Shown: positions 1 through 10,601 of the stretch, one piece after another
Position numbering within the stretch: position 1 is the stretch's first letter
Layout of the letters: every line of letters starts with the position of its first letter
DNA from: Promethearchaeota archaeon
GTDB taxonomy: Archaea > Asgardarchaeota > Lokiarchaeia > Sigyniarchaeales > SOKP01
Length of the DNA stretch: 41,993 nt
Direction of reading: 5' to 3'
NCBI GenBank assembly: GCA_016840085.1
Contig: JAEOTA010000020.1
Location: forward strand, 1 to 41,993
Notes under the pieces: generated by a model
Databases searched by the model: none
Told to the model about the DNA's origin: nothing
The model's input: the letters and a program-made list of their open reading frames with translations, nothing else
Made by a program: the position numbers and the translations under genes

Positions 1-1059
1 CTTATAACACGGAAGAAATTAGATAGAATTCCGTGCTTTCCCTTCGTTTCAGCCGCAGCAGCTCAAATTAGAAGGCTAAACTATGGAGAATATGCATCTA
101 AACCAGATTTATTCTTAAGATGTCAAATAGAAGCACAACAACTTATAGGGTATGATGGTATTACAGCAATGCCAGATCTTTGTGTTGAGGCACAAGGTTT
201 TGGAGCTAAAATCATATACCCATCAGATAACGCTGCTTATCCAGATCCATATAATCCGATACTTAAATCTCCAAATGATTACAAAAATATAGGTAAATTA
301 TTTGATTGGTCCCATGCTGACAGGATGAATAATCAAATAAAAGTTATAAAAACTATTAAGGACCAATTGCCCGATTTGATGATTGGAGGAATGACTATTG
401 GACCTTTAGGATTAATAAGTCGCCTTCGTAATGCTAATGAACTCGTGAGAGATTTTGTACATCATAAAAATAAGCTTCATGAAGCGCAAGAAATTGTTAC
501 TGATATTCAAATAGAATATATTGAAAAACAGATTGAGGCAGGAGCTCGAACAATCATGGTTCCTGTTGTCTTAGCCGAGAGAGAGCTTATGAGTAAAGAA
601 ATGTGGTTAGAATTAGATATGCCCTACCAAAAGAAGATTGCTGATTTTGTGAAGAAAAAACGAGCTTTTTACATGGTTCATACTTGTGGTCGAGGACCCT
701 ATTTTGATCTTTTAATCGAACATCTTCGACCTGTCTTGATTCAAAATGCATTCTTACCCGATGGTGTAAAAACTGAAAAAGAAATGGTTGAAAAATATGG
801 TAAAAAGTTAATTTTCTTAGGATTTTTAAGCGTCTCTTTACTTGCGTGGGCAAATCCTTATGAAGTTATAGCGGAATGCAGAAGACAACTTGAGGTTTTT
901 GGAAAGTCGCCAGCTGGTTATATTCTTGGAGCATCATGTGAATATCCTCCCTATGCACCTTTATATAATGCAATGGCAATTGTGAAAGCAGCTAGAACCT
1001 ATGGTAAAAATTTTCAAACAGGTAAGGGTGTAAATTATGAAGAAGAAGGAGGAAATTAA
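1..1059 (+). CDS. MtaA/CmuA-type methylcobamide:CoM methyltransferase (uroporphyrinogen decarboxylase superfamily), 5'-partial
   Basis: Frame is open from base 1 (LITRKKLDRIPCFP...GYDGITAMPDLCVEAQGFGA), so the true start lies upstream of the window. Shows the DRIP motif, D-x-x-V-E-A-x-x-F-G, and Zn-binding H-T-C-G plus GASCE. It lies directly upstream of a corrinoid protein. Confidence 0.85.
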   Translation, partial: LITRKKLDRIPCFPFVSAAAAQIRRLNYGEYASKPDLFLRCQIEAQQLIGYDGITAMPDLCVEAQGFGAKIIYPSDNAAYPDPYNPILKSPNDYKNIGKLFDWSHADRMNNQIKVIKTIKDQLPDLMIGGMTIGPLGLISRLRNANELVRDFVHHKNKLHEAQEIVTDIQIEYIEKQIEAGARTIMVPVVLAERELMSKEMWLELDMPYQKKIADFVKKKRAFYMVHTCGRGPYFDLLIEHLRPVLIQNAFLPDGVKTEKEMVEKYGKKLIFLGFLSVSLLAWANPYEVIAECRRQLEVFGKSPAGYILGASCEYPPYAPLYNAMAIVKAARTYGKNFQTGKGVNYEEEGGN

Positions 1060-1064
1060 TAAAC

Positions 1065-1712
1065 ATGACAGATCAAGAGATTTTAAATAGGCTCAGGCAG
1101 AGCGTCTTAGATTTTGATGAAAAAAGCGCTGAAGAGACCGCTAAAGAAGCAATAAAGACCGGAATTAAACCAATCGATGCAATCAAGAACGGACTATATT
1201 TAGGCTTAAAAGAAATTGCAGATGAGTATGAAAAAACTTACTTCATAACAGATATGATCTTAGCTTCGGATGCATTTTATGCTGGTGCAAATATTTTAAA
1301 ATCAAAAATAGATCCAGAAGAAGCTAAAGCAAATAGTAAAGGTACTGCCATTCTTGGTGTTGTAAAAGGAGATGTCCATGATCTAGGCAAGAATATGGTC
1401 AAATACCTATTCGAAGCTGAAGGTTTCGAAATTATTGATCTGGGATTTGATGTGCCCGCTGAAAAATTTGTTGAAGAAGCAGAAAAAAATAATGCGAATC
1501 TTATCTTAATTTCAGTAATGTTAAGCTCTATGTTCCCTGAAATCGGCAAAATTGTAAATTTAGCTAAAGAGAGAAAGTTGCAAGAAAAAGGAGTAAAAAT
1601 TATGGCAGGTGGTGGGCCTGTTACAGAAAATATAGCCCATCAACAAGGTGCAGATGGATGGGCTCTCACAGCTCCTTTAGCGGTTAAAAAAGCTTTGGAT
1701 CTGCTTAACTAA
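1065..1712 (+). CDS. Corrinoid (B12-binding) methyltransferase protein, MtaC/MttC-like
   Basis: N-terminal cap helices, GDVHDLGKN (DxHxxG cobalamin motif), DLGFDVP and MAGGGPV. GGAGG RBS upstream; starts 5 nt after the previous stop. Confidence 0.93.
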   Translation: MTDQEILNRLRQSVLDFDEKSAEETAKEAIKTGIKPIDAIKNGLYLGLKEIADEYEKTYFITDMILASDAFYAGANILKSKIDPEEAKANSKGTAILGVVKGDVHDLGKNMVKYLFEAEGFEIIDLGFDVPAEKFVEEAEKNNANLILISVMLSSMFPEIGKIVNLAKERKLQEKGVKIMAGGGPVTENIAHQQGADGWALTAPLAVKKALDLLN

Positions 1713-1774
1713 CTTTTATAATTTTATTACGAAAATTAAACCAGTAATCTTTATACTCCTATTTAGACATATAT

Positions 1775-2827
1775 TCACCAGCGCCAGTAGATATCCTCAG
1801 CATGACCTAACATTTCTTCAACATGAACTTTTTCACCATTATCTAACACAAGATCTCCTGTATAAAAACCATGAAGCAGAGATGAATTTAAAGAAATTAG
1901 TCCAAAGTTAAGCTTTTCTGTATGTGGAATAATAGGTGTTAGAACCATATTAAATCTATTGTCATTACTCGTAAACTTCCAAGGTTTTGTAGGATCTCGA
2001 TCCTCGTGGTGGAATTCTACCTCATCAATTTTATGAGTTTTTCCATCATAGAAAATGATATTTTCTGTGTGAGTTGCACCTTCTTCACTTCCTACTAAAC
2101 CAAAACCATAACCAATATTAAAGGCAACTGGGATTCCATTTACAATTCCACACGCGCTACCCCAGAGCCAATGTGTATGGTAAGGCCAAATGCCACGACC
2201 CCAATCCATAAGTCCAAATGAAGTTTCAGGTTCGAATTGATAAGTTTCCTCACCAATTTTTATAGTCCCTTCAGCAGGCATCATGTTGATTTTATGATTA
2301 TAATAAAACAGTCTAGGGTCTTCCTTATAACCAGTCACTACTACAGTATTATCCCACTCTGGTTTATCATCGAGTTCAATTGTACCTTTAATACCTTTAT
2401 CCATAAAAGTTTGATCATCAATACTTAATATTCTTTTATTTCCTTTTTTTTCAATAGAGGCATTAAATTTCTTGGAAGGAAATTCGATAATACTATCTTC
2501 TAAGGAACTATATGGTAAGAGTTTAGATTTAGTGAAAAATTTAAACTTTCCTTTTCCTTGTCTTACTTTATTTTCAAAATCAAGCCATACATAACTCATC
2601 TGAGTAAGATATCCAATATCTCCAATCGTAAGTTGGAATCCAAATTCTTTGTTTAATACTGAAAAATGATCCCATTCCTTAATTCTTGCCCATCCTTTCC
2701 CAATATTTTCTTTATTATATTTCAAAATTGGTTTTCTCGCCCAACCACGTTGAACCAGAGAGCCATCTTCATTAAATAAATCTGAATATTCTGTAATTTC
2801 GTTTAGTTTTCCCATTTTTAATCTCAT
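1775..2827 (-). CDS. DUF2804-family protein
   Basis: GWARKP, RIKEWD, FYYNHKIN, MDWGRGIWPY..W.W, GYGFG..TEN and PWKF motifs resemble DUF2804. Alternative start at 2815. Confidence 0.75.
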   Translation of the reverse strand: MRLKMGKLNEITEYSDLFNEDGSLVQRGWARKPILKYNKENIGKGWARIKEWDHFSVLNKEFGFQLTIGDIGYLTQMSYVWLDFENKVRQGKGKFKFFTKSKLLPYSSLEDSIIEFPSKKFNASIEKKGNKRILSIDDQTFMDKGIKGTIELDDKPEWDNTVVVTGYKEDPRLFYYNHKINMMPAEGTIKIGEETYQFEPETSFGLMDWGRGIWPYHTHWLWGSACGIVNGIPVAFNIGYGFGLVGSEEGATHTENIIFYDGKTHKIDEVEFHHEDRDPTKPWKFTSNDNRFNMVLTPIIPHTEKLNFGLISLNSSLLHGFYTGDLVLDNGEKVHVEEMLGHAEDIYWRW

Positions 2828-2916
2828 AAAAAACTTATGATTAATTGATAGTTTTTAAAAGAAATAAGATAAAATAAAATATATGGTGAATAATATAAAA
2901 TTCTAATGAGATTCTA

Positions 2917-4179
2917 ATGTCTTCGGAATTTGAAAAAAATTTAGAAAAATATGCGGAAGTCATACTAAAAATAGGACTTAATTTGCAACCAGGTCAACGC
3001 TTATTAATTGGAGCGCCTAATACATATCAAAAGGGTGCACCAATTGAATTAGCCCCTTTAATCCGAGTGATTGCAAAAAAAGCTTATCAGATTGGAGCTA
3101 GATTTGTCGAAGTAATGTGGGATGATGAACAATTGAAATTAATACGATTTCAACATGCTCCTCGAGACTCTTTTGAGGAGTATGCGACATGGCGTACTGA
3201 TTGTCAGTATGAATTTGCTAAAAATGGTGATGCAATAGTCCGTATTCTTGCTTATAATCCAGATTTACTCAGTGATCATGATCATAATTTAATAGCAACT
3301 ACTATTAAAACTCATCTCACACATAGTAAACCTTACAGTAATCTAATATCAAAAAACGCGTTGAATTGGGTAGGGATTACTGCTCCAGTTGATGGTTGGA
3401 CTGAAAAAGTCTTTCCTGACATTCCACCTGAAAACCGAAAGGATAAATTTTGGGATATACTTTTTGAAATCTGTAGAGTGAAAAATGAAGACCCAATTGC
3501 TGTATGGGAGGCTCATATAAAACAACTGGCAGTTAGAAGCAATTATTTAAATAAAAGACGTTATATTGCTTTGAAATTTGTTGGACCAGGGACAGATCTA
3601 ACGATTGGATTACCTAAGGGTCACATTTGGGGGAGCGCAAGGTTTAAAAGCCAAAATGGAATTGATTATGTAGCAAATATACCTACTGAGGAAGTTTTCA
3701 CATTACCACATAAGGATAAAACAGAAGGAGTTATAACTGCAACAAAACCGCTCCCTATTAATGGTATGATTGAGGATATTAGTTTAATTTTCTCCAAAGG
3801 ACGAGTTGTGGATGCCAGTGCTAAAAAAGGTGAAGAGATGTTACATAAAATACTTGAAACAGATGAAGGTACGAGAAGATTAGGTGAGGTTGCGTTAGTT
3901 CCACAAAGTTCACCCATTTCACAATCAGGATTACTATTTTATAATATTCTCCTCGATGAAAATGCTTCATGCCATATTGCTTTAGGTCGGGCTTTAAAAT
4001 TTTGGTTAAAAAATGGTGAAAAAATGTCTGATGAAGAATTTTCTGCTGCTGGTGGCAATCTTAGTATTGACCATGTTGATTTTATGATTGGATCTGATAA
4101 AATAGATGTTGATGGTATATTAGAAAATGGATCTGTCGAACCAATTATGCGTAATGGTGAATGGGCTTTTGATATTTAG
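2917..4179 (+). CDS. Aminopeptidase, peptidase family M29 (AmpS/AmpT type)
   Basis: NIPTEEVFT, LGEVAL, YNILLDENASCHIALG and HVDFMIG metal-binding motifs. Confidence 0.93.
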   Translation: MSSEFEKNLEKYAEVILKIGLNLQPGQRLLIGAPNTYQKGAPIELAPLIRVIAKKAYQIGARFVEVMWDDEQLKLIRFQHAPRDSFEEYATWRTDCQYEFAKNGDAIVRILAYNPDLLSDHDHNLIATTIKTHLTHSKPYSNLISKNALNWVGITAPVDGWTEKVFPDIPPENRKDKFWDILFEICRVKNEDPIAVWEAHIKQLAVRSNYLNKRRYIALKFVGPGTDLTIGLPKGHIWGSARFKSQNGIDYVANIPTEEVFTLPHKDKTEGVITATKPLPINGMIEDISLIFSKGRVVDASAKKGEEMLHKILETDEGTRRLGEVALVPQSSPISQSGLLFYNILLDENASCHIALGRALKFWLKNGEKMSDEEFSAAGGNLSIDHVDFMIGSDKIDVDGILENGSVEPIMRNGEWAFDI

Positions 4180-4182
4180 AGC

Positions 4183-5583
4183 TCATTCAATCTTTTGGCA
4201 TATATTATCGATTTTTTGCAAGGTTTCATCAATAATTTTATCAGTGTGGAGTATACATGTATAGAATCTACTTCCAGCAACAGAAATTAGTTCTTGATCT
4301 ATTAAAGCTGCTCCCATATGTTCCATAAATTCTTTTCTTTGTGGAATTTGACCTGCTTGTTTAGGATCACCTAAATCAAGACCGAACACGCAAGAAGTAT
4401 GGAAATGAACAGTTCCGCCAAAATTATATGAAAACCAAGGAAGGTTATATTTATTAAATACTTCATTTAATCCTATTGATAACCGTGTTGCTGCTTTACC
4501 TGCTTTTTCAGTTGCTCCAGTTTCTTCTACTAATTTCATAGCATAATATGCTGCTGCGCATGTTAAAGGATTTGCAGCTAATGTTCCCCCACAATATGCT
4601 CTTTTAGCGCCTCCTCCAACTCCTGCAGCTACCGTTGCCATAACCTCTGCTCGCCCACCTATTGCTGCAGCTGAAGCATAACCATGTCCTACAATCTTTC
4701 CAAATACAGATAAATCAGGTGTATAACCATAATAAGCTTGACCACCCCCCATATGGAGTCTAAAAGCACAAACAACCTCGTCAGAAATGAGAAGTGTTCC
4801 ACTTTTATGGCATAATTCTTCTACTTCTTTATTGAATCCTAGCCTTGTGGGTATTGCTCCTGACTCTCCGCCCATAGGTTCTATAATCACAGCAGCAACT
4901 TTACGTTTTTCTCTAAATAGTTCTTCTAGAGCTTCAATATCGTTAGGGGGGATAGATTCAGTATATTGTAGGACCGGTTTAGGTATACCGTATGATTCCA
5001 ACCTTTTTGTCCCGGGGATATGCATATCGTAAACGAGTTGATCAGACCACCCGTGATAAGACCCTCCAGCTTTTATAATCCACTTCCTTCCAGTGAAGAT
5101 TCTAGCAATTCTAATTGCTAGCATATCAGCCTCAGTTCCAGACTGTAGCCACCTTATAATTTCACAAGAAGGAAAGTGTTTTTGTAACTCTTCAGCAGCT
5201 AAATATTCATATTCACTTGTAATTCCATGGCAAGGACCTGATTCTCTTATAACTTCTATGACTTTTTCTGTTAGTTGTGGATGATTATGACCTAAGATTA
5301 TAGGGCCTCCGTCCATTAAATAATCTGTCAATATAATATCATCTACAGTTTGCATATAACAATCGAAAACTCGCTTACTTGTTAATGGAAAAGGATAATT
5401 AAAAGCAAGATTATGTTCAACTCCACCTGGTAGGATTTTCTTAGCCCTTTCAAATGCTTCTTTTGATTTTAAGTGGTTTATATGATATCTTTCAACTATT
5501 GCTTTCAGTTCCTCTGATTTAAAAGGCCGCACAGGATTAGAAACGATATTATCAATCTTGGCTTTTATTTCTTCATATTTCAT
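4183..5583 (-). CDS. Class III PLP-dependent aminotransferase, glutamate-1-semialdehyde aminomutase-like
   Basis: GPIILGH, SGTEA, GSYHGWSD, IIEP, SDEV, FGKIVGHG (PLP lysine) and GGTLAANP. Confidence 0.88.
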   Translation of the reverse strand: MKYEEIKAKIDNIVSNPVRPFKSEELKAIVERYHINHLKSKEAFERAKKILPGGVEHNLAFNYPFPLTSKRVFDCYMQTVDDIILTDYLMDGGPIILGHNHPQLTEKVIEVIRESGPCHGITSEYEYLAAEELQKHFPSCEIIRWLQSGTEADMLAIRIARIFTGRKWIIKAGGSYHGWSDQLVYDMHIPGTKRLESYGIPKPVLQYTESIPPNDIEALEELFREKRKVAAVIIEPMGGESGAIPTRLGFNKEVEELCHKSGTLLISDEVVCAFRLHMGGGQAYYGYTPDLSVFGKIVGHGYASAAAIGGRAEVMATVAAGVGGGAKRAYCGGTLAANPLTCAAAYYAMKLVEETGATEKAGKAATRLSIGLNEVFNKYNLPWFSYNFGGTVHFHTSCVFGLDLGDPKQAGQIPQRKEFMEHMGAALIDQELISVAGSRFYTCILHTDKIIDETLQKIDNICQKIE

Positions 5584-5743
5584 AATATAAATCTCAATCT
5601 AAGTAATAGACTATTTTGGTAACTAAATTAATTATTAAATTGAAGCATTAAAAATTAAGTTTATTTTTGGCAATTAAATACATATCAAATCTTAGTTTTT
5701 GCTTAAAAAATCTTTATTTATCTTAATATCATTAATATTAAAT

Positions 5744-7366
5744 ATGTCAGATTCTCAAATGAAATATATTTTAGCAATAGATCATGGGACTGGTGGTCCA
5801 AAATCAGCAATAGTATCTACTGAAGGTGAGGTCCTTGAATGGGCTTTTCAAGAAGTACCTTTACATGTATCTAAAGGTGGGTCAGTAGAACAAGATCCAG
5901 ATGATTGGTGGAAAGCAATTAAGAATACTTGTAAGAAAGTTATTGATAGTGGTAAGGTTTCTGTTGATGATATAATAGGAGTCAGCAACACAAGTCAATG
6001 GAGTGGAACAGTAGCAGTTGATAAAGATGGAAATCATCTAAGGAATTCAATAATATGGATGGATACTAGAGGGGTAAAATATATTGAAAAATTTTACAAG
6101 AGTTTAATACAAGTTTCGGGTTATGCTTTAACTAAAGTTTTGAAATGGATAAAAAGAACTGGTGGAGGACCATCGCAGAGTGGTAAGGACCCAATTGCAC
6201 ACATATTATGGATTAAAAATGAACTACCTGAGATTTATAATAAAACGTTTAAATTTTTGGAACCACAAGATTTTATTAATCTAAAACTCACAGGAAAATT
6301 TGCTGCCTCATATGGTTCTATTCACCTTTATTGGGTCACAGATATTAGAGATATTAATAAAATAAAATATTCTAAAAAATTGATTAAAGGGTTGAAAGTT
6401 GATCCAGAGAAATTGCCAGATTTAAAATCATCCATAGAAATTCTTGGAACTTTAAAGAGTAGCGTAGCTGATGAATTAGGGCTTAATAGAGATACTAAAG
6501 TTGTTATGGGTGCTCCAGATGTTTTATCAGCAACAATAGGCTCTGGGGCTGTTAGAAATTATGAAGCTCACATTTATATTGGTACATCTGATTGGTTAAC
6601 TTGCCATGTGCCTTATAAAAAGACAGATATAGCTCATAATATGGCAAGTGTCCCATCAGCAATACCCGGTAGATATATTATTGGCAATGAACAAGAAATT
6701 GCAGGAGGTGCATTAACTTTTCTAAGAGATAAAATTCTATATCATAAAGATGATTTATTAAGAGAAGAAGCTGTTCCTGATGTTTATAAAATCTTTGATA
6801 GAATAGTAGAAACCATTCCTCCAGGTTCAAACAATCTGATTTTTACCCCTTGGTTAATTGGAGAAAGAACGCCTATCGAAAATCATACTATTCGAGGTGG
6901 TTTATATAATATTTCCCTTGAAATGTCTCGCGAACATATAATTAGAGCAATTTTTGAAGGTGTAGCATATAATATAAAATGGCTTTTTATGTATATAGAA
7001 AAATTCATTCAAAAATGGAAAATGAAAGAAACTCCTGGGATGATAAAAAATGATATTATTATACCAGAACTTAACATAATTGGTGGTGGAGCTCAGAGTA
7101 ATATTTGGTGTCAGATATTTGCTGACGTTCTTGATAGAAACATAAAACAGGTAAGAGATCCAATTCAAGCGAATGCTCGTGGTGCTGCATTTATTGCTTC
7201 AGTAGGGTTGGGATACCTTAAATGGGATGAGATCCAAAGATGCTGTGAAATATCAAATATCTTTACTCCCAACCCAGAAAATAGAATAATTTATGATAAA
7301 CTTTTCGATGAATATCTCAACATCTATAAAATCATGAGAAAAACTTACAAGAGATTGAATAAATAA
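5744..7366 (+). CDS. FGGY-family carbohydrate kinase (xylulokinase-like)
   Basis: AIDHGTGGPK, EQDPDDWW, IIWMDTR, YIGTS, PWLIGERTP, AIFEGVA and IGGGAQS. ATG at 5744 is preferred over the ORF-track TTG at 5699. Confidence 0.9.
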   Translation: MSDSQMKYILAIDHGTGGPKSAIVSTEGEVLEWAFQEVPLHVSKGGSVEQDPDDWWKAIKNTCKKVIDSGKVSVDDIIGVSNTSQWSGTVAVDKDGNHLRNSIIWMDTRGVKYIEKFYKSLIQVSGYALTKVLKWIKRTGGGPSQSGKDPIAHILWIKNELPEIYNKTFKFLEPQDFINLKLTGKFAASYGSIHLYWVTDIRDINKIKYSKKLIKGLKVDPEKLPDLKSSIEILGTLKSSVADELGLNRDTKVVMGAPDVLSATIGSGAVRNYEAHIYIGTSDWLTCHVPYKKTDIAHNMASVPSAIPGRYIIGNEQEIAGGALTFLRDKILYHKDDLLREEAVPDVYKIFDRIVETIPPGSNNLIFTPWLIGERTPIENHTIRGGLYNISLEMSREHIIRAIFEGVAYNIKWLFMYIEKFIQKWKMKETPGMIKNDIIIPELNIIGGGAQSNIWCQIFADVLDRNIKQVRDPIQANARGAAFIASVGLGYLKWDEIQRCCEISNIFTPNPENRIIYDKLFDEYLNIYKIMRKTYKRLNK

Positions 7367-7538
7367 TACTTAAATATAATTTATTTATTGAAATTTTCTT
7401 TTTTATTTCAATAATTTTACCAATTAAAAAAAGAAAAAATCCTTTTTAAGGGATAAATTAACTGAGTTATTGAGTTGTAAAAATAAAAAAAAGGAAGAAA
7501 AGTTAATTTTCAAAGAAAAAGAGTAATCTTCTTCTCTA

Positions 7539-8696
7539 CTACTTAATATACCCTCCTGATCTTTTCAGAGCAGCTTCAGCATCTTTCACAATCTTATCCA
7601 TAATATCGGGTACTTTTTCAATACTATCGATAATGCCAATGCTTTGCCCGAGAAGGACTGCACCTGAGTCAACATCTCCTCTATATGCAGCAAGATACGC
7701 ATTAGCCATATCTATTAAATATTTTCTATATTCATCTTGTGACATTTGCTTAATTTTCTCTTCTTCAGCAATCTTCTCATCTTTACTGCTAACAACACCA
7801 TGGTGCAAACTATATGTATTCTTATAGAGTCTAATTGGTCCAAGAGCTCCTGTTACGTAAATTGTGTCCTGAGCTTTAGCAGGTGGAATAATATTTTTAT
7901 AAGCTTCGTGGAATTCACTTTCATTTGATGCGATAAAGCGAGAGCCCATTGCAATTGCGCCAGCCCCCAGAGTTAAAGCTGCTGCTAAACTTTCTCCAGT
8001 TGCAAATCCTCCACATGCAATTTTTGGGATATCAGGGAATTTTTGATTAAGCTGCTGCAGGAGTACAAGAGTAGATACTTTCTCATAGGCTTGATGTCCA
8101 CCACCAGTTAGACCTGTACACACAATTCCATCAACTGTAAAATCAGGTCCCTCTCTTGGATTAATTGCTTTATCCGCTAACCATAAAGCGGGAGTTACAT
8201 GGAAAAGCTTTATTTGAGAACTAGTTTCTTTTCTTAGCTTCTGCCAAGTTTTGCTTTGGGGAAGACGTCTTGAAGAACCAGCTGATGTTAATGCATACAC
8301 ACATTGTTCCTTGATTTTGGGATTGTCCATAATAAATTTTGGAATTTCAGTGCAGAGCCTATCTGCCTGTATTTCATTTCTGGATGTGCGGATATTAAAG
8401 CCGAAAAGTTTGTCCGTATGTTCAACTACATATTCCATATTTTTCTTCATAGCCTCAACAGAGCTACCAAAGCTGGCTTCAGTTAATTGCTTTCTCGTCA
8501 TAGATTCCACTTCTGCTAGTGTTGTTTCCTCTCCTAAGGCTTGTCCCCTCTCAATATTTGTATGCGATAATGTACCTAATCCACCAGCTTCAGACACTGC
8601 TATTGTCAGATCCGTTGTGTAAAATGGACCCATTGGTGCAGAAAAAATCGGTTTTTTAATTCCAAACATTTTAGTAATATTTGTTTCTATTGTCAT
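7539..8696 (-). CDS. Nitronate monooxygenase / FabK-like flavin oxidoreductase
   Basis: PIFSAPMG, AVSEAGGLG, GGGH, IACGGF, LGAGAIAMGSRF and GQSIG. AAGTGAT SD-like element upstream. Confidence 0.88.
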   Translation of the reverse strand: MTIETNITKMFGIKKPIFSAPMGPFYTTDLTIAVSEAGGLGTLSHTNIERGQALGEETTLAEVESMTRKQLTEASFGSSVEAMKKNMEYVVEHTDKLFGFNIRTSRNEIQADRLCTEIPKFIMDNPKIKEQCVYALTSAGSSRRLPQSKTWQKLRKETSSQIKLFHVTPALWLADKAINPREGPDFTVDGIVCTGLTGGGHQAYEKVSTLVLLQQLNQKFPDIPKIACGGFATGESLAAALTLGAGAIAMGSRFIASNESEFHEAYKNIIPPAKAQDTIYVTGALGPIRLYKNTYSLHHGVVSSKDEKIAEEEKIKQMSQDEYRKYLIDMANAYLAAYRGDVDSGAVLLGQSIGIIDSIEKVPDIMDKIVKDAEAALKRSGGYIK

Positions 8697-8877
8697 AAAA
8701 TCACTTTTATTTTTTTTTAATATACTTCAATTATTTTAATTACCGTTTAAACTTTGTTCTTTATAATCTTTACTATTCCAATGTTTAAAATTCGAGTAAA
8801 TAAGTTTTAAAATTTGAATTAATTTTCATACTTAATAGTTAACCTAATAGTTTTTACATTAAAGTACAAAATAGGAC

Positions 8878-10365
8878 ATGACAAACCATTTTTTACATGA
8901 TTTCCTCCGTCCTAAGAGTATAGCAATTTATGGAGCTAACAATACATTCGGGACAACAATGGGAACCATGCAATTGGTAAGGATCATTAATTCTAATTAT
9001 AAAGGCAAAATCTATCCAATACATTTAAGATTGGAAACAGTATTGGGCTATAAAGCTTATAAATCAATTGCGGACGTTCCAGAAATCCCTGATCTCGTAA
9101 TTATAGTATTACCACCACAAGTTGTCCCTCAAGTGTTTAAAGAATGTGGAGAAAAAGGAGTTAAAAGAATTGTGGTCATTTCGGGTGGTTTCAGAGAGCT
9201 TATAGGAGATCGTTCGAATACTCTTACAAAAGAGATAGTTCAAATTGCAGATAAATATGGGATGAGATTTATTGGGCCTAATTGCTTAGGGCTCTATAAT
9301 GGTTGGATCTATCCCGAAGATGACGCAACGTTTAATATGATGTTATGGAAGACTGAAATAAAACGAAGTAAGTTTTCAATAGCATCCCAAAGTGGGACCT
9401 TAGCAAGTCAATTATGGTTGGATTCTGAATACCCAGATTTCAATGTAGGTAAGGCAATTTCAGTGGGTAATGAAGCAAATATAGATTTAGTGAATTTTTT
9501 AGAATATTTCAAAGAGGATGAGGAAACTGAAGTAATTGGCTTATATATTGAAGAAATTAAGAGAGGTCAAGAATTTATACAATTAACAAAGAAAATTACT
9601 CCAAAAAAACCCATAATAGCAATATATGGGGGAGGATCTAAAGCAGGAAATCGTGCTATAAAGAGCCATACGGGTTCAATAGCAGGAAATATTAAGATTT
9701 TTGACTCTATGGTTAAAGAAACGGGTATTATAAAGACTGATTATATTGAAGAATTTTTAGATATTTCATCAATATTATTAACCCCCAATTTTCAATATCC
9801 CAAAGGGAAACGTATAGGAATAATAACGTTCGCAGGAGGTCCTGGTGCACTTATTGCGAATAACGCAGAAAGAAATGGATTGATTGTGCCGGAATTTTCA
9901 GAAACACTTCAATCAAAATTAAAAAGTATGCTACCTCATACGGCAAGTTGGAGTAATCCCATAGACATTACTTTTGATATGAATATATTTAATCTATACA
10001 TAAATTTTCCAAAAATGCTAATGAAATCCGGTGAAGTTGATATAATTATAATTTATGGTGCTATGGGTTTTCAAGATATGACATCTGATTTCCAGCAAAA
10101 TGAAAAAATATCTCAATATATTGAATTTAGAGAGGATATGGCAGAAAGGGTTGATGAAATGGATAAATTATTAATAGCACCTGGTATAAAACTCTCTCAG
10201 AAATATTCAATTCCAATTATATACATAAATCCTCAAGGATATGGGAGTGAATGGTCAAAAAAAATAAGAAAATATGGGGGTGTAGCATTTAGATTCTGGG
10301 ATCGCCCTGTGAGCTGTTTAGCAAAAATATGTGATTATGCTAAATATAGAAGAAAAATTACGTAA
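8878..10365 (+). CDS. acdA: Acetate/acyl-CoA ligase (ADP-forming), alpha subunit
   Basis: CoA-binding domain (PKSIAIYGA, GPNCLG), SQSG, SVGNEA, phospho-His motif SHTGS and NPIDIT. No ATP-grasp beta domain is fused. Confidence 0.88.
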   Translation: MTNHFLHDFLRPKSIAIYGANNTFGTTMGTMQLVRIINSNYKGKIYPIHLRLETVLGYKAYKSIADVPEIPDLVIIVLPPQVVPQVFKECGEKGVKRIVVISGGFRELIGDRSNTLTKEIVQIADKYGMRFIGPNCLGLYNGWIYPEDDATFNMMLWKTEIKRSKFSIASQSGTLASQLWLDSEYPDFNVGKAISVGNEANIDLVNFLEYFKEDEETEVIGLYIEEIKRGQEFIQLTKKITPKKPIIAIYGGGSKAGNRAIKSHTGSIAGNIKIFDSMVKETGIIKTDYIEEFLDISSILLTPNFQYPKGKRIGIITFAGGPGALIANNAERNGLIVPEFSETLQSKLKSMLPHTASWSNPIDITFDMNIFNLYINFPKMLMKSGEVDIIIIYGAMGFQDMTSDFQQNEKISQYIEFREDMAERVDEMDKLLIAPGIKLSQKYSIPIIYINPQGYGSEWSKKIRKYGGVAFRFWDRPVSCLAKICDYAKYRRKIT

Positions 10366-10557
10366 TTATAATTTAATAAATATAAAATTTAAGACTATTT
10401 GGTAAAATTTCTTCTAAATTGGTTTGATTCAATTCAATTATATCCTAATTTGATTTTAACTATTTATTTATCAATCTACGGGATAGATACTTTTTTTGCA
10501 TTACAACTTTGAAAACTTTCCTCTATTTTAAGCTTTAAGGTTTCAAAAATTTAGGTC

Positions 10558-10583
10558 ACTCGAAAAACTTATATATTTCGAGT
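10558..10583 (+). promoter_or_regulatory. Putative TA-operon promoter/operator: 8-bp inverted repeat around a TATA box
   Basis: ACTCGAAA-N10-TTTCGAGT is a perfect inverted repeat enclosing TTATATA, about 26-33 nt upstream of the antitoxin ATG at 10602. Confidence 0.65.
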
Positions 10584-10601
10584 ATCTTTATTTTAATCAA
10601 T

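Noticed and set aside
3005-3046. Strong hairpin over a short apparent insertion in the aminopeptidase (AATTGG-A-GCGCCT...GGGTGC-A-CCAATT)
   Set aside because: It has no pair of 3-nt bulges around a 4-bp helix and no stop or frameshift, so there is no support for a second intron.
5699-5743. Hydrophobic 'signal peptide' on the FGGY kinase from the TTG start
   Set aside because: This is AT-rich promoter sequence translated by chance; FGGY kinases are cytoplasmic and ATG 5744 fits the family N-terminus.
8465-8550. Apparent ~25-aa insertion in the nitronate monooxygenase-like protein
   Set aside because: In frame and protein-like, and I found no BHB fold by eye; probably a lineage-specific loop.
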